Source of the DNA: Ranitomeya imitator | Lineage: Eukaryota | Assembly (NCBI RefSeq): GCF_032444005.1 | Contig: NC_091285.1 | Location: forward strand, 646,350,001 to 646,414,000 | Length of the DNA stretch: 64,000 bases | Direction: 5' to 3' | Shown here: positions 36,410-63,000 of the stretch, in pieces | Numbering within the stretch: the first letter of the stretch is position 1 | Layout: each line of letters opens with the position of its first letter | Position numbers and translations under genes: made by a program | The notes under the pieces: model-generated | The model's database searches: none | The model's input: only the letters and a program-made list of their open reading frames with translations | What the model was told of the DNA's origin: nothing

Positions 36410-37415
36410 GACTTGTCTGGGTGGCCACCAGGGGGCAGCAGTGTGTGTGTACACAGACTAGGGGCAGTAAGATGTGTCTGGGTGGCCACCAGGGGGCAGC
36501 TGTGTGTGTGTACGCAGACTAGGAGCAGTAAGATGCGTCTGGGTGGCCACCAGGGGGCAGCTGTGTGTGTGTACGCAGACTAGGAGCAGTAAGATGCGTC
36601 TGGGTGGTCACCAGGGGGCAGCAGTGTGTGTGTACACAGACTAGGGGCAGTAAGATGCGTCTGGGTGGCCACCAGGGGGCAGCTGTGTGTGTGTACGCAG
36701 ACTAGGAGCAGTAAGATGCGTCTGGGTGGCCACCAGGGGGCAGCAGTGTGTGTGTACGCAGACTAGGGGCAGTAAGATGCGTCTGGGTGGTCACCAGGGG
36801 GCAGCAGTGTGTGTGTACGCAGACTAGGAGCAGTAAGATGCGTCTGGGTGGTCACCAGGGGGCAGCAGTGTGTGTGTACGCAGACTAGGAGCAGTAAGAT
36901 GCGTCTGGGTGGTCACCAGGGGGCAGCTGTGTGTGTGTACGCAGACTAGGAGCAGTAAGATGCGTCTGGGTGGCCACCAGGGGGCAGCAGTGTGTGTGTA
37001 CGCAGACTAGGGGCAGTAAGATGCGTCTGGGTGGTCACCAGGGGGCAGCAGTGTGTGTGTACGCAGACTAGGAGCAGTAAGATGCGTCTGGGTGGTCACC
37101 AGGGGGCAGCAGTGTGTGTGTACGCAGACTAGGAGCAGTAAGATGCGTCTGGGTGGTCACCAGGGGGCAGCAGTGTGTGTGTACGCAGACTAGGGGCAGT
37201 AAGATGCGTCTGGGTGGTCACCAGGGGGCAGCAGTGTGTGTGTACGCAGACTAGGAGCAGTAAGATGCGTCTGGGTGGTCACCAGGGGGCAGCAGTGTGT
37301 GTGTACGCAGACTAGGGGCAGTAAGATGCGTCTGGGTGGTCACCAGGGGGCAGCTGTGTGTGTGTACGCAGACTAGGGGCAGTAAGATGCGTCTGGGTGG
37401 CCACCAGGAGGCAGG
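36410..37415 (+). repeat. 61-bp tandem array, 17 units, each with a CTCF-consensus-like motif
   Basis: GTGG(C/T)CACCAGGGGGCAGC every 61 bp from 36421 to 37397. Confidence 0.95.
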
Positions 37416-37574
37416 AGTGTGTGTGGCTTGCCATTAGGGGGCACTACGATGTGTGGGGTCTGTGGAGGCAGTATAGTGTGTGGGTGATACACGGTATGGG
37501 GCTGTGGGGGCATTATGTGAGGCATAAGTGGCATCTCGCTGTGGGGGGAGCACTAGGCGCCATTTCTGTGTGGG

Positions 37575-37577
<3 letters not shown>

Positions 37578-37607
<30 letters not shown>
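37578..37607. repeat. (TA)n microsatellite
   Basis: About 15 TA units. Confidence 0.95.
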
Positions 37608-37608
<1 letters not shown>

Positions 37609-37859
37609 TGGCTGTGGTTGGGCTCATGCAGAGCACGATTGTGTCCTGTCTTTTGTAGCTGGGAGATATAACCAGATAGAAATTTTCACAATCTTCATAT
37701 TTCCCGGTAATATATTTTTTTTCTTCTAATAAGAATGAATTGTACAAGAAAAATCTATTTAAAGAGAAACCCGCAGCCACCTCCCTCTTCTGTAAGCCTC
37801 TGCACAGGGTCCTGTCTCTTTAAATAAAGTGACCCCCTATTTGTGTAGGAGATCCCATC

Positions 37860-38040
37860 CGCCAATCAGCACTTGAGGCCGGATGAGCAGCGACCAATGG
37901 GAGCCGGGAGCAGCCTGCCCAGTACTTCCTGCTTTGGAGAGAGACATGAGGAGGTATTAGGATAGGATGAGACAGCTGAGACTGCAGCGCTGCCACCTGT
38001 CACTCCCCGGCTCCTGTGGGACTACAACTCCCAGCATTGA
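37860..38040 (+). promoter_or_regulatory. Likely NUDT18 promoter / non-coding first exon region
   Basis: CCAAT at 37862 and 37894, ETS ACTTCCTG at about 37924, ZNF143-type ACTACAACTCCCAGCA 38021-38036. The ATG exon is preceded by an acceptor (TTTCAG 38324-38329), implying an upstream exon. Confidence 0.55.
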
Positions 38041-38331
38041 GCACTCTGAGCTGTATACCATACAGTGTGGCCAGGGTTGTCACCCAGCTTTCCCCTGATT
38101 GTGGATGTATTACAGCACAGATTGCCAATCAGGGGTCTGGGAAAGCTGAGTGACAAGTCATCGTGGGCGCAGGAGACGACTCCAGAGGCCTATGGGCGAC
38201 AGGTGATCCGGGGATCTTTCCCGCGGAGTCTCTTTCTGTCCTGAGGACAAGCAGCGCCGCAGCAGCTGCAGTCGCTTTTCTATAAACTAGTGAATGTTTC
38301 CTAATTCTCGTGTTCTCCTTGTGTTTCAGAC

Positions 38332-40659
38332 ATGTCTCGTCGTCTGGAGGAGGAGCTGACGATTCTCTTAGACGGAGGCGCCGTCCCGCTCCCGGACAAG
38401 TGTGATGTGGCCCCCGAGAGCCCGCGGCCCCTGAGACTAAAGCACAATGTGTGCTACATCGTCGTGGGCATCCTACTGAACGACCAGGTGAGGGCGCCAC
38501 ATACACCGCGCCCACGCCTCACTCACTGCCAGATTTCACTTTTCTGCTATAAATTATTTATTTTTATTTTTTTTAGTTTATTAAAGTTTTTTTTGGGCAT
38601 ATAATTCTCTATTGAACTGGTAAGGATTGCTAGAGAGCGCTGTTACCTCCTAATCCCGGTCACCTTCACAGCAGTGCTTACGAGCTACGCTGCAGAGGTG
38701 GTCGGTCTCCTAGGCAACCAGCTATAAGCAAAGGAAAAATGGTAATCTCTCCAGAACGGCTGCAAATTTTAACAAGCAGTAAATTGCAAAAGTGTTTGTC
38801 TTTACAAGCGCTATCCGAAAATATCCATATATATGAACTTTGGAATAACCCTTTAATTTTCTTACTAAATAGCACGTGCCTTTTGAGCAAAATCAGACAT
38901 CCACCAAGTGGTGGTCTGGTTACAAGTCATTATCCGGAGGATCTGACCGCAGGGACCCCCAACAATTGGAAGAATGAATAATTTATATCCCCGATGTGAC
39001 ACTTCTCCCCGTTACACGGCAGCGTGGTGGGACGGATCGGTGATCGAGGAAGTTGCCCGTTCTGCCGATCACTGCAGGTCCCAGCGGTCGGACCCCCCCT
39101 CGATCGTAGACTGTTATGTTGTCAGTTCTTCAGATGAACAGCCCACCTTATAAACCTGTGACCTTCCCTGCAGGATGAGGTGCTGATGATGCAGGAGGCC
39201 AAGGCGGAGTGCCGCGGGAGATGGTACCTTCCGGCTGGGCGGCTGGAGAGGGGGGAAAGTCTGGTGGACGGTCTGTGCAGGGAGGTGGCGGAGGAGACCG
39301 GACTTCTGTGCCAACCCCTGACCCTGCTGCTGGTAGAAGAGCGAGGCGCCTCCTGGGTTCGCTTTGTCTTCCTCGCTCAGGAGACAGGTCGGTGTCCGGT
39401 TCTTGTCTTTAATTCACAGACCGTATGGTGTATTTAAAGGGGCACCATGACGGCAACGACGAGACGCCTTTAATGGATGCTTGTGCCATTATATGTCCTG
39501 TACAGATGTACCCCTGCTAAAATCCACAAATTATCCTACACATTTTCTACTTATCTACAGGACCAGTGTTAATTGTATAAACCCTGAGGGTATTGGACCC
39601 CCATAATTATCCAAGGACAGGGGTCCCGAGCCTCCATGCTGCACTAACAGTGATGTGAGGTCCCGCTCCATGCAATGTTCGAGGGGCTGATGGACACAGC
39701 AGAGCACTGGACTCGGCCATCTCCTTCAGTCCTAGTCATGTGCATGCGCGATCTCCGCTCCTAGTTACTGATTGGCTGCAGTACCTGAGAACGGCCACTA
39801 CACCGCGTATGGCGCTGTGCTGATCCCGCCATAAGCGCTGCGTATGTCCATCTGCCGCGGATCAGCGAGTGCCGGATTCCCGCCGATCTGCCATGATGAA
39901 GCATCCAGAGGGTCGTATTAATGACTTTACTGAGGAATATACAAGTCCTGGACAACCCCTTTAATTTAAAAAAATGCCCCTATGGGCAGTCCTCAGTAAG
40001 GTCATTAATATACAAGTCCTGGAAAACCCGTTTAAATACTGAGGACTGCCCATAAGGGCATTTTTTTTTTATTTTATTTTTTAACACTGATCACTCTTTT
40101 TTTTTCTGCAGGTGGAGTTCTGAAATCGTCTGCCTCAGCCGACAAAGAATCTCTGCAGGCGTCATGGTGGGACAGAGTGTCTCAGCTGCCCCTGCGCTGC
40201 AGAGACATCCTTCCTCTCATCCAGCGTGCCTTGGACTACCGCCGCCTGCCCTCACATCCATCTATCCTGCCCCAGTTGTGCCCATCTCCCTTCCTAGTCC
40301 TGCGACTGCTCCTGGTGTGCATCGTTTCCGGAGAGATCCAGATCCTACAAAGCTCCGCTGATTCGGCACGTCTTCCCACCATTGTCTGCGACGCGCGTCG
40401 TGGCGGTGGTAGCATCCTCAATCCATTGTTTTATCTGTTGCACGATGCGTACATGTCATGCGGTATCTTAGGAGTTCAGCATCAAGGTGGGGATGACGCG
40501 GACGGAGTGTGTTTCAATATAATGGGGGTCTTGCATGATTGTGAACTGCCTGTGGTCCGAACAGGGGGTCTCAGCTGGGTAGCGGTTGAGGATGAAGCTC
40601 TGAAGAACAGACTGGAGCAAGTGATGAAGAACAACACAATGCTGCCCTTATGTAGCTGA
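38332..40659 (+). CDS. NUDT18: Nudix hydrolase 18 (8-oxo-dGDP phosphatase, MTH3), 305 aa, 3 coding exons
   Basis: Exons 38332-38487, 39174-39387, 40112-40659 (918 nt). Intact Nudix box [23 protein letters not shown]; [34 protein letters not shown]. Confidence 0.93.
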
Positions 40660-41987
40660 GTCTCCGAGCCAAGAACTATGAATAGATGGATGCAGGCAAA
40701 CCTCATCACCTGTCTGCCATAACATTAAAACTCTCATATCGCCAACTCTGGTCTGACCCATCAAGGCACGGACGGAGCACCCCAAGATATTAGCGGCAGA
40801 TCCTAGAAGTCCTGTACGTTGCTCGGTTTGGCCACCATAGACAGGACTTGTTTTCCAGCAGATCCCACAGATAGGACTGAGATCTGGGGGATTTGGAAAC
40901 CAGTCATAACCTTGCTCTCTCTGGACAAGGTAAATGGTCACACCCAGTTGCCAATTTATTCATTTTCTGCCTGATAGAAGTGGGTTAAAGGACACCTGAG
41001 CTTGAGATAGGTGCACTTCCTAATGATAAGAACCACATTTATGGCAAGTCCTGTAATATATTCCATAAATGACTAAGGAATATCCCTTTAAGAAGGACCT
41101 GTCACTTGCCCTGAATCCGGCACTATTTTTCTTTTGTTCCTGCGCCTCTCCGTTCCTGAGATATGGCCTCCTCTTCCCTGTATATAAATCTAGTCTTTTT
41201 ATCCAAGTGGGTGTGGTCCTCTACTCTATGGGCGTTGTCTTCTTGAAGATCACACCCACATGGCTAGCAAGTTTAGATTTTTATACAGGTAAAAAGAGGC
41301 CATATCTCAGGAACGGAGAGGCGCAGAAACGAAAGAAAAACAGCGCCGCGTTCAGGAGAACAGCGGGCATTAAACCAGGTGGAAAAAAAACATTGCTGTC
41401 TAGTGACAGATACTCATCACTGTGGCTCCCATCCTGCAATATGGCCATATTCACGAGCTGTGCACGCACACAGGACTTAGTATTTGCCTAAATCCTGCCA
41501 CCGTGGCATGTGAATAGGAAGATTTGTGCCGTATGGACGCGTTTGGAAATCCACAATCCCTTGTAGGAAAGCCACCGATTAGCTCCACGAAATTACGACG
41601 GAGCAGATTATCCGCAAAACTGCCGCAGGATTTGGCCATTGTAAATCCTCATCGGGAGGACACGGCCTACGTGTGGCCGATGTTACAGCCCGGCTTTCCG
41701 GTGAGCTGCTGTAAATCACAATGTGCCATATATCGGAAGATGTATGCCGTACTGGTGTACTGGCGATGGTCAGTCCTGGCAGCACTATATGGACTGGTGC
41801 GTGCAAGAAACCATCGCCAGTCTGTGCACGTCCTCGTGTCGTGCCTCGTTCTGCAATATCTCCCCACCGCTTTGTTGCACTTTCATGTATAAATGTGCCA
41901 TTCATGTATGCGGGAACGCCCCCCGAAAATTGCACAAGATTGTGTTATGTCTCCCATCATCTGCCTTGTCACAAATAAAGATCATTA

Positions 41988-43567
41988 CAGGTCCTTCTCA
42001 AAAAATTAGCATATAGTGTTAAATTTCATTATTTACCATAATGTAATGATTACAATTAAACTTTCATATATTATAGATTCATTATCCACCAACTGAAATT
42101 TGTCAGGTCCTTTATTGTTTTAATACTGATGATTTTGGCATACAACTCCTGATAACCCAAAAAACCTGTCTCAATAAATTAGCATATTTCACCCATCCAA
42201 TCAAATAAAAGTGTTTTTTAATAACAAACAAAAAAACCATCAAATAATAATGTTCAGTTATGCACTCAATACTTGGTCGGGAATCCTTTGGCAGAAATGA
42301 CTGCTTCAATGCGGCGTGGCATGGAGGCAATCAGCCTGTGACACTGCTGAGATGTTATGGAGGCCCAGGATGCTTCAATAGCGGCCTTAAGCTCATCCAG
42401 AGTGTTGGGTCTTGCGTCTCTCAACTTTCTCTTCACAATATCCCACAGATTCTCTATGGGGTTCAGGTCAGGAGAGTTGGCAGGCCAATTGAGCACAGTA
42501 ATACCATGGTCAGTAAACCATTTACCAGTGGTTTTGGCACTGTGAGCAGGTGCCAGGTCGTGCTGAAAAATGAAATCTTCATCTCCATAAAGCATTTCAG
42601 CCGATGGAAGCATGAAGTGCTCCAAAATCTCCTGATAGCTAGCTGCATTGACCCTGCCCTTGATGAAACACAGTGGACCAACACCAGCAGCTGACATGGC
42701 ACCCCACACCATCACTGACTGTGGGTACTTGACACTGGACTTCAGGCATTTTGGCATTTCCTTCTCCCCAGTCTTCCTCCAGACTCTGGCACCTTGATTT
42801 CCGAATGACATGCAAAATTTGCTTTCATCAGAAAAAAGTACTTGGGACCACTTAGCAACAGTCCAGTGCTGCTTCTCTGTAGCTCAAAAGTGGCTTTACC
42901 TGGGGAATGCGGCACCTGTAGCCCATTTCCTGCACACGCCTGTGCACGGTGGCTCTGGATGTTTCCACACCAGACTCAGTCCACTGCTTCCTCAGGTTCC
43001 CCAAGGTCTGGAATCGGTCCTTCTCCACAATCTTCCTCAGGGTCCGGTCTCCTCTTCTCGTTGTACAGCGTTTTCTGCCACATTGTTTCCTTCCAACAGA
43101 CTTACCATTGAGGTGCCTTGATACAGCACTCTGGGAACAGCCTATTTGTTGAGAAATTTCTTTCTGGGTCTTACCCTCTTGCTTGAGGGTGTCAATGATG
43201 GCCTTCTTGACATCTGTCAGGTCGCTAGTCTTACCCATGATGGGGGTTTTGAGTAATGAACCAGGCAGGGAGTTTATAAAAGCCTCAGGTATCTTTTGCA
43301 TGTGTTTAGAGTTAATTAGTTGATTCAGAAGATTAGGGTAATAGGTCGTTTAGAGAACCTTTTCTTGATATGCTAATTTATTGAGACAGGTTTTTTGGGT
43401 TATCAGGAGTTGTATGCCAAAATCATCAGTATTAAAACAATAAAAGACCTGACAAATTTCAGTTGGTGGATAATGAATCTATAATATATGAAAGTTTAAT
43501 TGTAATCATTACATTATGGTAAATAATGAAATTTAACACTATATGCTAATTTTTTGAGAAGGACCTG
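41988..43567 (-). mobile_element. Full-length Tc1 (DD34E) transposon, 1580 bp, with 200-bp IR/DR-type TIRs
   Basis: TA flanks (41986-41987, 43568-43569); TIRs 41988-42187 and 43368-43567 differ at one position seen; AAATTAGCATAT repeated at both ends of each TIR. Confidence 0.95.
42266..43238 (-). pseudogene. Tc1 transposase broken by one frameshifting deletion at 42883/42884
   Basis: MGKTSDL...KPLL then, in another frame, ATEKQHWTVAKWSQVLFSDES...QHDLAPAH...SPDLNPIENLW; 34 residues between the second D and E. Confidence 0.88.
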
Positions 43568-45049
43568 TATGTCTCGTCAAAAGTGACCAGCGAGTAATGC
43601 TTCACTATGCCGCCCCCATTACAGTGGGATCCCCCTATTATTAGTATTAGGGCCCCATCCACATTAGGCTGACGTTGGCCTACCCGCTGATATCCGGGGA
43701 TTCGGCTGCCAGTCCTACCTCCGCGCCCCCCCAACAGCCATCTCTCCCGGCTCCCCCATCAGACAAGCGTTCCCCAGACTCCTGTGATGGCGGCTTATCA
43801 CAGAGGATCGGCAGTCCGAAGTCAGAGACCCGGGATCCTTCTCTTCCCGGACAGTCGAGGCGGGAGCCGCACCGTACACATTAGACCGTCCGCCGAACCC
43901 GCTGATAGTCAGCCTAAAGTGTATGGGGGTCTCCCGGCTCTCACAGATAATGTCAAAGGAACTAAGTATGGGGGAGTTAGGATTTTAACATCCAACCTTT
44001 TTATTATATATAATCCGCTGCCCTATGGAAACACAAGAACGGTCGACAACGCGGGAGAAATGGCCGCCGGCCGAATGTGTAGGCAGCCCCCTGCAGTAAG
44101 GGCTGGTTGTTGGGGGGTCCTACGCAATAATCCGATCCGACAAACTTTCCACCTGATTTTTCGTACTCGGCAAACCCTTTAATTGACTAGGTCCAGGTAT
44201 CGGGACCCCCAATAATCGAGCAACAGGCCCACGAGAAGAGCGACAGGAACAGATCCGGCCTGAATAGAAAGCGTGGTCTCCGTAGTTTCCCATCTGCTAA
44301 GCTGCGATCATTGGGGGTCTTTAAACCCAGCCTCCCCCCCTGAACTGTGGGAAATACATTTTGTTACCAACCAGGAGCCATACTGGAAACACGACAGGAA
44401 GCAGAGCCTAATAGTGGTCACTAGGGGGCGACACGGGACAGTATTTTTCTTTATAGCCCCCCATTATCCAGCGTGGGGCCTATTTTCCGGCTCTCATAGA
44501 TTTCAGATGTTTTCTGGCTCCACCAATTCTACTCACTTGCCCCATAAATAACAAATAGAAGCCGCCGATAATAATTGATAATTAGGAATCTTTTTTTATT
44601 TCCGTGTCAGACGACGGCTGGAGAAACAAAATCCTCATAAACACATTTAATGTACATGGAGCAAAGAGGGGCTCGAAGGAAGGACGGAAGGGGTTAAAAG
44701 AGCGCGGTACCTCCGAAAGCAAAAATGTCCAAACTGATGGTTGGCGATTGATAAGCGGCCCACCCAAAAAACACTGCAAGACACAACACCGGGGGATGAT
44801 CCTGAGAACCAAAGACTCCGCAGCACCTACCGGAGCAGCCACCAGGGGGCAGAAGAGACGTGGACCCGATTATTAGGAAAAGGCCATAAAGTGATCAGAC
44901 TGCTGCAAACAAACTAGAAGAGGCGCTGCTCCTCCGAGCTCCAGAAATAAGGCACGGATGGGTTAAAAAAAAAAAAGACGAGCCCCCCACAAAGGAGGCG
45001 TTCGCGCTATTGCACTTGGATTCATGGCTTTTTCCATGTGTCCTTAGGG

Positions 45050-60539
<15,490 letters not shown>

Positions 60540-60788
60540 CGTCCTGCGGCCTCACTTATCTCCCGGGCGCCATCACCCCCAGCTGGGCCCCAGTGCTCCC
60601 AGTACGGCGGCCATTGCTACCGGTCAGGCCCAGTCCGGTCACCGGGATTTCCTGGATAGTTCCCCGTCCCTCCCTCTCCTATCTCCGCCCTCAGTCCCGC
60701 CCGGTACAGATGATAATGGCCGCCTGTTGGTAGACAGCTTGTTACCATTTTTACAGGGTATTTTCTTCTGCATCGGGGAAAGTAGGGA

Positions 60789-61797
60789 AACTGGGTGCCC
60801 CCCGGTGTGTGGTGTGAGAAAGCTGGGTGCCCCCCGGTGTGTGGTGTGTGAAAGCTGGGTGCCCCCCGGTGTGTGGTGTGAGAAAGCTGGGTGCCCACCG
60901 CGTGCGGTCTGAGAAAGCTGGGTGCCCACCCGGTGTGTGGTGTGAGAAAGCTGGGTGCCCCCCGGTGTGTGGTGTGAGAAAGCTGGGTGCCCCCCGGTGT
61001 GTGGTGTGTGAGAGCTGGGTGCCCCCCGGTGTGTGGTGTGAGAAAGCTGGGTGCCCCCCGGTGTGTGGTGTGAGAAAGCTGGGTGCCCCCCGGTGTGTGG
61101 TGTGAGAAAGCTGGGTGCCCACCGCGTGCGGTCTGAGAAAGCTGGGTGCCCACCCGGTGTGTGGTGTGAGAAAGCTGGGTGCCCCCCGGTGTGTGGTGTG
61201 AGAAAGCTGGGTGCCCACCGGCATGAGGTCTGAGAAAGCTGGGTGCCCCCCCGGTGTGTGGTGTGAGAAAGCTGGGTGCCCCCCCGGTGTGCGGTGTGAG
61301 AAAGCTGGGTGCCCCCCCGGTGTGCGGTGTGAGAAAGCTGGGTGCCCCCCGGCGTGCGGTGTGAGAAAGCTGGGTGCCCCCCGGCGTGCGGTGTGAGAAA
61401 GCTGGGTGCCCCCCGGCGTGCGGTGTGAGAAAGCTGGGTGCCCCCCGGCGTGCGGTGTGAGAAAGCTGGGTGCCCCCCGGCGTGCGGTGTGAGAAAGCTG
61501 GGTGCCCCCCGGCGTGCGGTGTGAGAAAGCTGGGTGCCCCCCGGCGTGCGGTGTGAGAAAGCTGGGTGCCCCCCGGCGTGCGGTGTGAGAAAGCTGGGTG
61601 CCCCCCGGCGTGCGGTGTGAGAAAGCTGGGTGCCCCCCGGCGTGCGGTGTGAGAAAGCTGGGTGCCCCCCGGCGTGCGGTCTGAGAAAGCTGGGTGCCCA
61701 CCGGCATGAGGTCTGAGAAAGCTGGGTGCCCCCCGGTGTGTTGTGTGAGAAAGCTGGGTGCCCACCGGCGTGCGGTCTGAGAAAGCTGGGTGCCCAC
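60789..61797. repeat. 32-bp minisatellite, about 31 copies (GAGAAAGCTGGGTGCCCCCCGGYGTGYGGTGT), upstream of FHIP2B
   Basis: Period 32 (61331, 61363). Confidence 0.95.
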
Positions 61798-62848
61798 TAC
61801 TGCGCATTCTGTGCGTCTTATTTATGGCACAATATGGGTGTGGGAAAGTTGGGTGACAGCAGCAATGGAGGAAAATCACAGTGAAATGGCCTTTTTTTTT
61901 GTGCCCAGTTGCAGATTGTGGCGTCACATTGCAGCATGGCGGATATCATCGGTGCAGGTGATGCCGGCCTGGGAGAAGCTCTCATTTTATGCTGCACTTT
62001 TCCCAAACTTCTGTGAACACCTAAATATCCACCTTCTGTTCCATTTTTTTTTTTTTTACTGCGATTTTGTTATTTACACTTGGAGAAAAGGAAGTTGTTT
62101 GTTATTTATTTATTAACCCACTAGCGCCCTCCACCATAAAGTAGATGAAATCCAGAACATGTTGGATGTTTTATTTTGCACACAGCGCCTGTGTATCAGT
62201 TACTTTATACCACTTTCGTCAGGATTAGCGCCACAGACATTTGTTATATTTTATTTTTCATAGTCCGTTCAGGGGACTTGACCCTGCAGTCACCTGGATC
62301 CTCGTATAATCTTTCAACTGTTTTTTAAGAGCAAACCAGCTAAAAAAAGCCTGAAAAAGAACGTCCCTAAGGATATGTTCATGCAATATTTTACTTTTTT
62401 TTTCATGGATTCTGCACCAAAGTTCCAAATCAACATAATGCTACAAATCTTGCAAGGAGCTTCCCATTCATTTCAGTATAACGCCTGCAGGGCATCATGT
62501 CATTTCTTTAGTTTGTTTTCTGACTATGAATGTCGTTCTTTGCAGTAGAAAACAAAACCATTGCTCCAATGTTCACACCCAAAAACAATCGCTAAAAGAC
62601 TTGCTTTATGGCGCACTATTGTACCTTACCTCCCAACTTTTGACGATCAGAAAGCGAGACAGATCATATGATGCGCGTAGCAAATTTTAGTTATTCCCCC
62701 AATCCTCACCCATTTACCATTTCTTTCTCGCCTGGCAGGAGGAGATGTCAGAGGGTCGGTGTCATTGAGGGACATTCAGCAGACGCCTGAAACTGCATGG
62801 CGTGGACCCAAATCTGGGACTGTCCGCTGTATCTGGGATGGTTGGGAC

Positions 62849-63000
62849 TAGAGATGAGCGGATGGATTCCCGGGACTGCAGGTCAGTGATATCTGGTGGC
62901 TGGACGGGCGGCCACGGATCTCTAACCTTCTGGCATCCCCGGTGCGGCTTTTGGTCACCCAGGGCTGGTGAGACGTCATCTGTGCGTCTTTCTCATCTCT
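62849..63000. mobile_element. Small hAT-like MITE
   Basis: TIR TAGAGATGAG / CTCATCTCTA; imperfect 8-bp flanks GTTGGGAC / GTTGGATT. Confidence 0.5.

Noticed and set aside
36410-37415. CRISPR-like regular repeats (also the 103-bp array)
   Set aside because: No unique spacers, no cas genes, vertebrate intron-exon context.
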